Positions 9,805-19,940 of a stretch of 64,000 nucleotides of DNA are shown here, in pieces. The notes below the pieces were generated by a model. It was given only the letters and a program-made list of their open reading frames with translations. It ran no database searches and was not told the DNA's origin. The position numbers and the translations under genes were made by a program. How positions within the stretch are numbered: the stretch's first letter is position 1; every line of letters begins with the position of its first letter. Source of the DNA: a virus (Duplodnaviria > Caudoviricetes); the IMG/VR virus record IMGVR_UViG_3300028832_000134, positions 6,086 to 70,085 of that record, one strand, 5' to 3'.

Positions 9805-10724
9805 GTCATGTCCTCCTTAGCTGGGATCTTTGTGAACTGGATCAATCCGAATAAGTAGAGTAGAATCATTTCCGGGTCAACTGATACAGATCGAATGCAC
9901 TTGAGCGCTTCGTACCCATGATTGAACATGTTGTAAATATCTTCTAGAGTCCACCTACTTACTAGTGCAGCAAGTGTAGAATCAGATGGTTTTCTGACCT
10001 TGTGCTTCTCCAAATCAATCAGCGTTCGAAGCATCATGTAGATAAGATCATCTACAGAACCTGTGTACTTTTGAAAATGAGCGTACAAGGCAGGAAAGTC
10101 CTTACGCATGAATGCTAACGAGAATGCAGCTTCGCTGAATGAGGAAGAGAGAGCAAACAGAGAAGACATCTCCTCCTGAGACAGATCTACAACCTTCGCT
10201 TGATCCAACATGTCTGCGCATCGAGTCATGTTTCTAGCATGACTGTAGTTGACTGCATTCGAAGCAGCAAACTGAAGGAACTGATCACAAACCTTTGGAA
10301 ATTCTGATTTCAGATAGCGCTGAATGAATTTAGGATCTACACTTTCAATAGAAGCGGTGCACTTAGGGAGATACTTAAGAAGCTTGTTTGCTGCTTTATC
10401 GGATTCGTAGATGCAAACAATCGTTCCGCAGATCTTAGTACGGAGGATATCATGCTCGGTTCGATCGTTCAGAGACGATAAGAAACTGTCGTCATACCGT
10501 ACCACATATAAACAAGGGTCAAGCGGAATGAGTCGCTTTGTCTGCATTATGTGTAGTACATCGGAAACAGAGTCAACTGTTTTCATGTCACCATAGTAGG
10601 ATCGAAGGACAGACAAGTACCTTTCTTTGATGCCATATTCAGACCCAACCCATGCGTAGAAACTCCGAGGATTGTTAGAAAGAATCTCAACACCAAGCTC
10701 TTGAATTGTGATCATTAACTCCAC
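9795..10724 (-). CDS. Clamp-loader subunit, HolA (delta)-like
   Basis: N-terminal FYAWVGSEYGIKERYL resembles delta YllyGeE.yl; size and position fit. Confidence 0.5.
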   Translation of the reverse strand: MELMITIQELGVEILSNNPRSFYAWVGSEYGIKERYLSVLRSYYGDMKTVDSVSDVLHIMQTKRLIPLDPCLYVVRYDDSFLSSLNDRTEHDILRTKICGTIVCIYESDKAANKLLKYLPKCTASIESVDPKFIQRYLKSEFPKVCDQFLQFAASNAVNYSHARNMTRCADMLDQAKVVDLSQEEMSSLFALSSSFSEAAFSLAFMRKDFPALYAHFQKYTGSVDDLIYMMLRTLIDLEKHKVRKPSDSTLAALVSRWTLEDIYNMFNHGYEALKCIRSVSVDPEMILLYLFGLIQFTKIPAKEDMTWS

Positions 10725-11242
10725 CCCATTGCTTGACAGATCTCATGAAAAAGCGGAAGCGATGCAAGCAAGAAATCATTGTTAGCATGATGGACACGTA
10801 GCCCGGCAGTATCAGAAGTTTGACCAGCTTCCGAATACAACTTAGATAACTCCTCGGAGGATATCACTATGTTTGTGTTGAACTTCTTGTTACAAGCGAA
10901 CCAGTTAGCAACAGCTGAACTAGCGTATACATCCGACCAGCTTATTGCGTTGAATCGTAACAAACACCAAGTATGGTCAACCTTCTGCGTACCGTCATCT
11001 ACAAACAACACTGCGTACTTGAATCTAGATGCCGCTTCATCCGACAGCTTGTTCCAGACAGTTTGCACAAATGTATAACGAGATACCGGTTTGGTGTGTG
11101 TCTTACATTCACCTAACCATTGGTCGGACTGAATATCACCAGGTCGGCATGCCCTGGATCCGCTGCCTGGTACAACACTCCATCCAAGGTAACTAGCGAT
11201 CATGTGTTCCTGTTTAGAACTAACATCTTTCTTATCAGACAT
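10715..11242 (-). CDS. Holliday junction resolvase-like PD-(D/E)XK nuclease
   Basis: QEHMIA...GSGS...GDI...LGECKT; start set at MSDKK just after the recA stop. Confidence 0.65.
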   Translation of the reverse strand: MSDKKDVSSKQEHMIASYLGWSVVPGSGSRACRPGDIQSDQWLGECKTHTKPVSRYTFVQTVWNKLSDEAASRFKYAVLFVDDGTQKVDHTWCLLRFNAISWSDVYASSAVANWFACNKKFNTNIVISSEELSKLYSEAGQTSDTAGLRVHHANNDFLLASLPLFHEICQAMGWS

Positions 11243-11243
11243 A

Positions 11244-12419
11244 TCATAACCCCGCGGAAGATTCAGCAACATCCAACTCTGCGGGCTTGTTGCTGATGTC
11301 ACTCCAGATGAATGTTTTCAACTTCTCATAATATTCAGGATGCATCTGAAGATAATCGTAGACCTTTGCGAGACCGTTCACCTTTACTGGACGACCTTCT
11401 TCCTCAAGCACAACACCAGTTACCGGATCCGTGATAGTGAACCATGCGCCAGCTTTTCTGATGATGTTGTACTTTGTAATGGCGAGTTTCGCATAGTCGT
11501 AATCAGGGCGAATGCCGCTCTGAGTCATGAGATAGTAAGTTGCATTCTTGCGATCATGTGGGGCTGTCTTCTGCTTCGTCAGTTTTGCGTTGACGATATA
11601 GCCCGCTGGATTCTCAGTACTCATCGGAAGCTCGTTTCCGAGGAAGTCAACCGGCGTTCCAATCTTGAAATATATACGGAGCGAAGAATAGAACTTGATG
11701 GCCTCACCACCAGGAGTCTTAGGAACATAAGGATTGTCCATATTCGCCCTGATCTGGTTGATAAAAATCAGCGTAGTCTCATATCGAGTAAGAAGGGGGA
11801 TCACTTTGGTGCAGAATGTAGTAAGCAGTCCAGCAAGCGAAGCAACCGTCCGCTCTCCGAGCTTCTTCTCTAACACAGCACGAGGAACAAGAGAAGGGAT
11901 TGAATCTAGAACAATCAGCCCAATCTCTCCAGTGGCAATGATGTTGAGAACAGTCTGGAGTAGATCTTCAGCTACAATGTTAGGTGGTTGCATGATGTCA
12001 ATATCCGTATCAACAATACCTAAGGTAGATGCCCATGCGCGATCGAATGAATGTTCTAGATCTAGATACAATACCTTTCTAGGTCCTCGTTCTTGCAGAT
12101 CCTCGAGTTCACCTTGAGCAGATTTGTTACCGCGCGATGCAAACTCACGAAGAGAAGAAAGTTCGGCTTCGTGCTCCTGCTTGAAGATATCACAAGCAGA
12201 CTTGCAGATGTCGATTGCTGTAGTACTCTTACCACCAGACGGCTCTCCATAGAACTCTGTCATAGCATTGCGTGGCACACCACCATAAGTAGCATAGTTC
12301 ATCATGGGAGACGAAAACGGAATCTTGTTTCCTCGAACAGTCTTCGCTCCGTCCATCAGATTGTCACAATTCCAATCCTTCTTACACCTGGTAATGATAT
12401 CAGCATAGCTATCAGCCAC
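11244..12419 (-). CDS. recA: RecA/UvsX-like recombinase
   Basis: GEPSGGKST, LDLEHSFD, IVLDSIPSL, FINQIR, TPGGEAIKFYSS. Confidence 0.92.
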   Translation of the reverse strand: MADSYADIITRCKKDWNCDNLMDGAKTVRGNKIPFSSPMMNYATYGGVPRNAMTEFYGEPSGGKSTTAIDICKSACDIFKQEHEAELSSLREFASRGNKSAQGELEDLQERGPRKVLYLDLEHSFDRAWASTLGIVDTDIDIMQPPNIVAEDLLQTVLNIIATGEIGLIVLDSIPSLVPRAVLEKKLGERTVASLAGLLTTFCTKVIPLLTRYETTLIFINQIRANMDNPYVPKTPGGEAIKFYSSLRIYFKIGTPVDFLGNELPMSTENPAGYIVNAKLTKQKTAPHDRKNATYYLMTQSGIRPDYDYAKLAITKYNIIRKAGAWFTITDPVTGVVLEEEGRPVKVNGLAKVYDYLQMHPEYYEKLKTFIWSDISNKPAELDVAESSAGL

Positions 12420-12461
12420 TTTATCACCTCATTGAATTGTATTGATACTTACTATAACGAT

Positions 12462-13028
12462 TTACTTGATGTATACTCCAGGCACGCTGTACTTAGGCAA
12501 CTTATCAGGGTCAACTGCGCCTTCGCTCACAGGCATGCTTCTCTCTGTAGCTCGACGACCGTCCCAGATCTTCTTTGCACTCATGATCAATTCCTTACAA
12601 AATTGAATACGAGAACTTACTAGATCAATTACACAAGTGTGGATCTGAACAGCAAGTTCATACGGAATCATCTCAATTGGAACAACCCGACTGATATATT
12701 CCTTGGTCTGTGCAGGAGTAAAATTTGCGGTATCAGTAGACTGTGCAACAGATCGCATTACATCTTCTTTGATCTCTTTGTTCTTCAGCTTAATCGTTTC
12801 TAGCGCAACTTTCAAACGATTCAGCTCTTCAGAAACAGCGAACAGCTCAAGAGGAAGAAGAGTCAAAATGTCTTCAAGTTCTTGATCTGTGATAGGTCTA
12901 GATCTAGATTTCAAACGCTGATACAGTTCATCTACTAATCCAAAATGAGATGCGAACCTGCTCTGATACAATTCGTCAACATCAGCCTGAACTTCATTTA
13001 CTACATCATAGTTCTCTGAATAATTCAT
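12462..13028 (-). CDS. Hypothetical coiled-coil protein
   Basis: Start set at MNYSE with GAGG SD; lies between dnaX and recA. Confidence 0.6.
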   Translation of the reverse strand: MNYSENYDVVNEVQADVDELYQSRFASHFGLVDELYQRLKSRSRPITDQELEDILTLLPLELFAVSEELNRLKVALETIKLKNKEIKEDVMRSVAQSTDTANFTPAQTKEYISRVVPIEMIPYELAVQIHTCVIDLVSSRIQFCKELIMSAKKIWDGRRATERSMPVSEGAVDPDKLPKYSVPGVYIK

Positions 13029-13035
13029 AGTGTCC

Positions 13036-14058
13036 TCATTTCTTAGGTGTAGTACACAGATATGCAAGAGCAAGCTCCTGAAGGTACTGTGTAGTCCGGA
13101 GTTCATGATTCAACATGACAAGCCGATTCGCTAACTTCAAGCAAACGGAAAGATGTGCAGTACCATATGGAGCCATCTTCTCAGCGTAGTAAGTAGGAAT
13201 CATCGTCGCCTCGATGTCCTGCATCAAGATATACTTGACCACATTCATTACAAAGGACAAGAACCCCTCAAACCACTTCACAAAATTGATTCCGGAATTA
13301 TACACCTCATCAACAATAGATGCGATAGCAGCATTGTCCTTTCGTGCACATGCAGATAGCATCTTGAAATACACATCATAGCTGGGAAGGTTTAGCGCAG
13401 ATACTAGTTTCTCTGTAGTGATATCTTTGCTGTACACCAGCGCCTTGTCCAGAAGTGTCAACGAATCACGCATACCGCCGTTGGCTAACTTAGCGATATA
13501 TCGAATAGCATCTTCAGTATAAGTGATACCTGCACCTTCTGCATTCTCAAGCGCAATCACATGAATGAGTCGATTATAGATACCAGTTAAACTGATCTTA
13601 GACAGCTGAAATGTTTGAACACGAGAAAGAATTGTCGGTGGGATTTTCTCAGGATTAGTAGTGCAGAACATGAATACGGATTTGGCAGGACCTTCCTCAA
13701 TAGTCTTCAGCATCACTTGCCAACCTGCAGAACTTATAGAATGACACTCATCAATGATGAATACTTTCCAGGAACAGCCTACAGGATATGCACGTGCCTG
13801 TTGAACGATTTCACGCATTGCATCTACACCGCTGTGGGAGGCCGCATCAACTTCGATAGGCTCACCCTGCCCAGCGTTGAGAACATTCGCAGCAATTCGA
13901 GCCAATGTGGTCTTACCACAGCCCGAGGGGCCAATCAGCAAGAAGTTTCGGTTAGTAAGAACCGAATCACTACACATCTTCTGAAAAATATCAACTACAA
14001 CTGACTGTTCAGTTACATCATCCCAAGTTCTGGGTCTGTATTTGGTCGCTAGACTCAT
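13036..14058 (-). CDS. dnaX: Clamp-loader ATPase DnaX (gamma-length)
   Basis: LATKYRP, GPSGCGKTT, EVDAAS, IIDECH, ILSRVQ, GGMRDSL. Confidence 0.92.
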   Translation of the reverse strand: MSLATKYRPRTWDDVTEQSVVVDIFQKMCSDSVLTNRNFLLIGPSGCGKTTLARIAANVLNAGQGEPIEVDAASHSGVDAMREIVQQARAYPVGCSWKVFIIDECHSISSAGWQVMLKTIEEGPAKSVFMFCTTNPEKIPPTILSRVQTFQLSKISLTGIYNRLIHVIALENAEGAGITYTEDAIRYIAKLANGGMRDSLTLLDKALVYSKDITTEKLVSALNLPSYDVYFKMLSACARKDNAAIASIVDEVYNSGINFVKWFEGFLSFVMNVVKYILMQDIEATMIPTYYAEKMAPYGTAHLSVCLKLANRLVMLNHELRTTQYLQELALAYLCTTPKK

Positions 14059-14061
14059 AAA

Positions 14062-14868
14062 CTATCTCCCCCACTGTGAACAAGTTCGAGCATACACACA
14101 TCCATTGCAGAACGGATCATTTCGAGGAAGCGGCGTAGGAGCGATGTTAGCTTCAACACACTCCATCACATGTTTCATTCGATTGAGCATGTCCTGCGCT
14201 TGATATGTTTTCACTACATAGGTGTATACTTTAAGATCTCCATACTGACGATCTTGATAGATCATCATGACATTCTCGATACCTAGTAGCGTGCTATACA
14301 GATGAACTTGATCAACATGATGTTGCTTCGCTGAAGTTAGCGAAATGAAACTAGAATGCTCAGCAGTCTTTATCTCTAAGAGATAATAGACTCCACTAAT
14401 TTTAACGATGCCGTCACATGCGAACTTAACCGGGAACGGAGAATGAATCTCAATCTGAGTTTCATACTCATTCTCGTGATTGACTGTGTATTCATAGGGG
14501 ATAGGATGATCACGCAAGTAGTCCTCTACCGGAACCCACTCAAAATCATCATTACCAGAATATTCAATCAATGTGCGTTGTAGTGCTTGATGACATGCTG
14601 TACCAAGCACTGCCATGAATGACATCGAGCGATCTACAGGAGCATTCAAATCAGGCTGTGTGCCGCGCAGACGAAACCAACTCCGCCGATCACAACGGAA
14701 ACTAGATGGAGCAAAAGTTCTTGACGAAACTCTCTCGTTCTCTTTGCGAATAGAAGCATCTACAAACGATTGATAACCTGTCAAGAACTTATGCCCAACA
14801 GCCGAATTGAATCGAGCTGCAGCGGCAGCATCGATAGAATAGAAGGCCATGTTAGTCGGTACCAGCAA
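14062..14868 (-). CDS. Cas4-like PD-(D/E)XK exonuclease
   Basis: PSSFRCDRR, GTACH, DGI..LLEIKT, QVHLY, C-terminal CxxC...C. Confidence 0.75.
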   Translation of the reverse strand: MLVPTNMAFYSIDAAAAARFNSAVGHKFLTGYQSFVDASIRKENERVSSRTFAPSSFRCDRRSWFRLRGTQPDLNAPVDRSMSFMAVLGTACHQALQRTLIEYSGNDDFEWVPVEDYLRDHPIPYEYTVNHENEYETQIEIHSPFPVKFACDGIVKISGVYYLLEIKTAEHSSFISLTSAKQHHVDQVHLYSTLLGIENVMMIYQDRQYGDLKVYTYVVKTYQAQDMLNRMKHVMECVEANIAPTPLPRNDPFCNGCVYARTCSQWGR

Positions 14869-15976
14869 GTACAGTAGTTACATCATTGTTCCAGAAAACA
14901 ACACCAACGACTTCGTCGTCCTGACGGATCGGACACATGCGGATCATCTCGTCAGCAGGATAGTGCCCAACCACAGACTTGAGGAAAGAAGTCTTGAACT
15001 CTACTGTATAAGGTGGCACCGGCTTACTGTCCGTCACGACAGAACAGTCAACATTGTTATCGACTAGCCGAACCTTGTTACCTTCTACCATGAACTTGAT
15101 GGTGTCCTCTACACTACTAGAGAGCAAATCCGCCTGGTTCAAGAAACGACTGAGTGCAGATGCGCTGACAGAAACAGCCTCATCGTCGTTGTGATGCAGC
15201 ATGTCCAGAATCATGTCGGAATGATAGTCACCGACATCTTCGTTTGACTCGTACTCCGGAACAAATTGAGTAACCAGCTCAAATCCATCGGTACGAACGA
15301 TGATCAGATAGTTTGACCCATCAGAATAGAGCTTAGCGCCATCAGGCAGAGAGTTAAACAGGTTGACGATAGTATCGGAAACAAGACAAGTACTACCTAA
15401 CACTCCCTTTCGAGAATGCGTAAAGAGACTGTTGTCAAAATCTCCGACCAATACATCACCGTCGGCACCGAGCCACACTCGAGTATACACCGGATGTGTG
15501 AACGACATTGCGATTGCATACATCTGATAGTCCTTGATAAACTTCCAACCGGTCTTGTCAACAGCAACACCAGGAACGGCGGACATGACAGAAATGTCCG
15601 GCTGCTTGAGCGAGATATCAGATTCATCAAGCATCTTAGGAAGGTTGAATTTCGACTTACCTGAATGAATAATCAGGCCACCTTCAGACAGCTCTAACAT
15701 AATAGTGGGAGAATCCAACGTGGCAGTAAGTTGCTTGAGCAGCAAACTATCAACGAAGATGGTCCGGAACTCATCCTCAGGAGCATCGCCAGTCGTCCCT
15801 TTGAGCGAGATAGCAGAACAGATAGAAGCGGCTTCAAGATTAACATGGAGGGTGCTCTTGTCGACAACAGTGAGCTGAGCAAGGCAGCTTGTCTTATGGA
15901 ACTTAGACACATTAGCTGGAATGATGCCTAGCCCAAGAGCATCAACAAATGGCTTGGTGTTTAGCGTGAATTTCAT
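14852..15976 (-). CDS. Sliding clamp, DnaN (beta)-like
   Basis: 374 aa, starts MKFTLNTK, three-domain beta-clamp-like spacing, adjacent to polymerase and clamp loader. Confidence 0.6.
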   Translation of the reverse strand: MKFTLNTKPFVDALGLGIIPANVSKFHKTSCLAQLTVVDKSTLHVNLEAASICSAISLKGTTGDAPEDEFRTIFVDSLLLKQLTATLDSPTIMLELSEGGLIIHSGKSKFNLPKMLDESDISLKQPDISVMSAVPGVAVDKTGWKFIKDYQMYAIAMSFTHPVYTRVWLGADGDVLVGDFDNSLFTHSRKGVLGSTCLVSDTIVNLFNSLPDGAKLYSDGSNYLIIVRTDGFELVTQFVPEYESNEDVGDYHSDMILDMLHHNDDEAVSVSASALSRFLNQADLLSSSVEDTIKFMVEGNKVRLVDNNVDCSVVTDSKPVPPYTVEFKTSFLKSVVGHYPADEMIRMCPIRQDDEVVGVVFWNNDVTTVLAGTD

Positions 15977-18672
15977 TTCTGAGGTACAACTCCTTTTTCT
16001 ACTGTAGTTTTGATGTGTAAAATAAAGTCCTGCTCTGTTATACTATAACGATTGCAATAGGCTTTCACAGCGGCAATCATTTCGTCAGATATGCGGCCGT
16101 TCACACCCTTTGCAGCATCACCTCTGGGTTTCTCTCCATTCTTATCCTTATACACAGGAAGCAGATACTCGCTTTCAACTAAGTGGTACTGGACCCATTG
16201 GATTTCTTCCGGAGACATTGAATCAAGATCATAAGAAGAAGGTTGAGGATACTTACATGGGTAGGCCAACCCATACCAACGATAAGTAGTTTCAACGTCA
16301 CACTTACTCGGATAAGGCAAGAAGTCAGCCGCCTTACACATCAGTCCGCTGAGGATCTTCGCACCTTCTTCGGCGTATTCTTCGGGAACCTCAGCGATGA
16401 TCTCATCATGAACAGGTATGAGAATCCTACCTCCAATACGCTTCCATTCTGGATCGTTTGCAATAAGCAGCAACGCCATCTTAGTCTGTTCTGCGGCGCT
16501 CCCCTGGATAATTGAGTTGCCGGTGATATAAACTTTCCCTTCTCTCCTGGCAATCCAAGTACCTTGCGATGTAGTGACGCACCATACACCCGATGCAACC
16601 TCTTGATGTTTAAGATGAGGATAGATCTGCGCTCTATTTACTCGAAGAACACACACATCATAGTACCCGCTGGTAACTTTCGGGATGTTGGACATGGATG
16701 AATACAACTTATGATTACTATGATTATCTCTATTTTCAGCATCAATGTAATAGGAATTACTAGCGTATCCAGCGCGGAAACATAGATATTGAAAAGCATC
16801 TGCCATGGACTTAGATTTGCAGACGAGCGACACTCGTGAATTCCGTAAGAACTGGCCAGACCCATCTACTCCAGAACCATCCCCTTGGAGCATTGCTCGC
16901 ATTAGTATATCAGCCTGACGTTGTGAAAGTCGAGAAACTAGATCAAATGTAAGGCACCGATCTGGGAATGTGTGCCATATCCATGCAGTGAACATTGTCT
17001 GTTCCAAATAGATTTCATGATAGAACCCATCTCGGCAAGCATCCGTTACTTCAACTCCAGCTGCGCTAAGCGTAGCTATCATGTCAGCATACACTTCAGC
17101 ATTCTTTTGGCGTCTAGTAGACTGATAAAGGTGAATTGCATAGTGCGGACCACCACGATTACCGTCAGTGAAAAACCAACCTAGGATCTTCAACTGAGCA
17201 TCAGTTAAGTCCTCATCGTCTCTAAATTGATTATCAGCTACACGAAGTATAGGATAATCAGGCCACTTATTCCGGTTTATCTCACTTGTTGTTTTGATCC
17301 TGGGAACTTCATCCGCCTCTCCAACAACCCAACGATGATCAAGGGTGCTAACTGCGGAGAACGTCGGGCTATCAAATCGAACAACAGGGGACAGCTGATT
17401 GGAGATATGAATAGCTTCGATACTATCAGACACAATACAGTGGTCTGTCATGGAGTACGATAAGATTGAATCGCCTTCATGTATTTCATCATATCTCTTC
17501 CAACCATCTACTGTAAGTATCTCGGTATCAAAATCAACACAGTTCACACATTGCCTGCTTGCGTCATTTATCTTTGACCGATTGTTGACTACACGAATAC
17601 GATGTTCTTGCAGCTCCTTAGTTCTACGAGCAATCTGACCGAAGTACTTGTACTGGGAGAATTCCTCTTCGAGCTGGCGTACAATTCGTTCAGGAATCTC
17701 TTCTCGATTGACAAGTGTAGTCATATCAAGCGGATCAACATCAGGGTTTACATATCCTGACATTGCGTGGAACTCAAACGGCTTCAGCTGCATGTCTGGA
17801 ATATGACGACGACGACCTAAGATAGTAGTAACATAACCATACTTGCGAGCGTGTGCTTGAGCAGTATTCATCAGTGCACGCAAGTTAGGGAACGCATCCA
17901 GAACGGAATCATAGACCTTCTGAGCTTTTGCAACCTTCTCCTCATCGGTAAGTGATTCGTCGGAACCGAACAACTGCTCAGCGATAGTTACAACAGAACG
18001 ACCATAAGTGATTCCAAGTACTATGGTCTTTGCTTCGCCGCGCCGTGCTTTACCATCAGGCTGATACTCTCCGCTCTCAGGATGAAATTCCAAACACTTT
18101 TCATAGGGAAGGCCAAAAGCGAGTCCGGCGATAGTTGCGTAAATGTCTCTACCTTTTTGGAAGGCTTCAATCATCTTAGGATCTTGACTGACAAATGCAG
18201 TGAGCTTCGGTTCCTGCTGAGAATAGTCACTAGACATCATGACATAAGGAGGCGACTTCACTGTAATCTGCCAACTACCTGAAAGATCATCAACTGTAGG
18301 TACACTGAATTCAAATTTGATAAGACCGATTTCATCACCATCAGAGATGCTTGCAACAGCAGCAATACAAGAACCGTCACTATTGCTCACGCAGACATGA
18401 TCACCGATTGCTAAGTCATGAGCAGACTTCTCTGTATCATCAACCACAACGCGATAGTAGTTAGGCATAGTAACTGTTAAGTACCTATCACGAAGACCGC
18501 AAGTCAATTTGACCAGAGATTCTGCGGAAGCTCGGAACATGTGACGAATATCGGTTGCATGCGAAGGAATGTTCTGTAAGTTGGGGTCATAAGACGACAT
18601 TCGTCCTGTATCAGCACCAACTGATTTGAATCGTGCATGAATACGACCATCGGCAGCAATCGAATTGGGCAA
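15973..18672 (-). CDS. polA: Family A DNA polymerase, C-terminal polymerase domain with intein
   Basis: DTGRMSSYDPNLQNIP, motif A SSDYSQQEPK, motif B KTIVLGITYG, motif C PVHDEI. Confidence 0.92.
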   Translation of the reverse strand: MPNSIAADGRIHARFKSVGADTGRMSSYDPNLQNIPSHATDIRHMFRASAESLVKLTCGLRDRYLTVTMPNYYRVVVDDTEKSAHDLAIGDHVCVSNSDGSCIAAVASISDGDEIGLIKFEFSVPTVDDLSGSWQITVKSPPYVMMSSDYSQQEPKLTAFVSQDPKMIEAFQKGRDIYATIAGLAFGLPYEKCLEFHPESGEYQPDGKARRGEAKTIVLGITYGRSVVTIAEQLFGSDESLTDEEKVAKAQKVYDSVLDAFPNLRALMNTAQAHARKYGYVTTILGRRRHIPDMQLKPFEFHAMSGYVNPDVDPLDMTTLVNREEIPERIVRQLEEEFSQYKYFGQIARRTKELQEHRIRVVNNRSKINDASRQCVNCVDFDTEILTVDGWKRYDEIHEGDSILSYSMTDHCIVSDSIEAIHISNQLSPVVRFDSPTFSAVSTLDHRWVVGEADEVPRIKTTSEINRNKWPDYPILRVADNQFRDDEDLTDAQLKILGWFFTDGNRGGPHYAIHLYQSTRRQKNAEVYADMIATLSAAGVEVTDACRDGFYHEIYLEQTMFTAWIWHTFPDRCLTFDLVSRLSQRQADILMRAMLQGDGSGVDGSGQFLRNSRVSLVCKSKSMADAFQYLCFRAGYASNSYYIDAENRDNHSNHKLYSSMSNIPKVTSGYYDVCVLRVNRAQIYPHLKHQEVASGVWCVTTSQGTWIARREGKVYITGNSIIQGSAAEQTKMALLLIANDPEWKRIGGRILIPVHDEIIAEVPEEYAEEGAKILSGLMCKAADFLPYPSKCDVETTYRWYGLAYPCKYPQPSSYDLDSMSPEEIQWVQYHLVESEYLLPVYKDKNGEKPRGDAAKGVNGRISDEMIAAVKAYCNRYSITEQDFILHIKTTVEKGVVPQK
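16516..17541 (-). mobile_element. Intein (342 aa) with LAGLIDADG-type homing endonuclease
   Basis: QCVN|CVDFDTEILTVDGW ... VWCVTT...YITGN|SIIQGSAA; LGWFFTDG and AMLQGDG blocks. Confidence 0.92.
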
Positions 18673-19868
18673 CTTTCTACATAAGTAGAAATGAGCTTCA
18701 ATGCGCCTCGCATACGAAGTATCTGATTAGCAACAGGCAGATTGAGTTCAGATAATGTCTCCTTATCTGCGCTTACATTCCCTTGCTGGAATCTCGGAAT
18801 CTTCAATATATCGCGGAACAAATGAATCACATGCGGAGTTGAGTTTCCATTGAAATCTCTGCCACTAGTGAACAATTTACCTGTCCGACCACCAACAAAA
18901 CTAGTTGGATGAGTGTCCAGAATCTCTTGAACCATAGCAGACAGCTTGGCCTGTTCTTGCTCATATTTCTGCTTGTATCTTACCTTGAGATGACGACAAG
19001 TTTCTTCGTCTAAGTAGATGCCAACTCTATGCAGATTCTGGCAGACCTTGACCATCGGCATCTCGATCTGCCAAACAAGATCAGCAATAGCTTGCAGGCC
19101 GTGCTCCTTACACTTTACATGCTCTTTAGTGATGTAAGGAAGCTCAAACAAGAACAGTTCATAAGTGATCCTCGCGTCGTTCGCAGCATAAAGCTTAGCA
19201 ATTTCAGGACGGCAATAGCGGAACAATGCAGCACTAAAGAAGTCACTGAACTTCTTAGGATCACCTTTGCCCTTCAGCACATACTTGTTGTACAGACCCT
19301 TCAAGGAGTTGTCTTTCTCGTCCTCCTTCAAGCACCTCCAAGTATTCAACACATCAACATACATGTTGTCATTGAAATCTACGTGAATATCTTTATAGAT
19401 CATAGCAAGATCAAAGTCAGCGTTTGCAAAGATCAAACGAACACCTTCATCTGCCATTCGCTGAAGCTCCACCCTTACTTGCTCATAAGTAAGCTGGTTC
19501 TTGACGGGGACGTCAAAAATAGGAACAAGATGCTTGATTGGAATGTAACACTCCACGCCACCAGGATAGTACAAAGAAACACCAACAATAGTATCTCGTA
19601 CAACATCTAGGCCGGTGGTCTCAGTATCGATGCCAGCATAGCGCACCTCTATGAGCTCACTCACATAATCGTGCAACTGTTCCGGAGTAGTGATCAGTAT
19701 TGCAGAAGAATCGCTAAAGTACTCTTGAACCATCTCAGAGATCCGAATCAGATCCGCATTGACAGATCGACTAGATTTGCTGGAGCCTTTCTGAGGCTCT
19801 AACGGCTTTGCGCTTTTCTTCGCAACGAGATCTATTTGCTCTCTTTGTGCGGGACTAAATAGACTCAT
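18504..19868 (-). CDS. polA: Family A DNA polymerase, N-terminal 3'-5' exonuclease/thumb half (frameshifted relative to the C-terminal half)
   Basis: GIDTETTG, FANADFD, YAANDA; homology ends at KLISTYVE where the frame changes. Confidence 0.88.
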   Translation of the reverse strand: MSLFSPAQREQIDLVAKKSAKPLEPQKGSSKSSRSVNADLIRISEMVQEYFSDSSAILITTPEQLHDYVSELIEVRYAGIDTETTGLDVVRDTIVGVSLYYPGGVECYIPIKHLVPIFDVPVKNQLTYEQVRVELQRMADEGVRLIFANADFDLAMIYKDIHVDFNDNMYVDVLNTWRCLKEDEKDNSLKGLYNKYVLKGKGDPKKFSDFFSAALFRYCRPEIAKLYAANDARITYELFLFELPYITKEHVKCKEHGLQAIADLVWQIEMPMVKVCQNLHRVGIYLDEETCRHLKVRYKQKYEQEQAKLSAMVQEILDTHPTSFVGGRTGKLFTSGRDFNGNSTPHVIHLFRDILKIPRFQQGNVSADKETLSELNLPVANQILRMRGALKLISTYVESCPIRLLPMVVFMHDSNQLVLIQDECRLMTPTYRTFLRMQPIFVTCSELPQNLWSN

Positions 19869-19940
19869 GATGTTCTCCTGTTAAGTAAACTTGACCGTCA
19901 TTCCATTTCTGAAACAACGGTCAAGCATCTTATAGATTTG

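Noticed and set aside
18504-18700. Group I intron splitting polA
   Set aside because: The two halves are directly contiguous with a one-base offset; no intervening sequence
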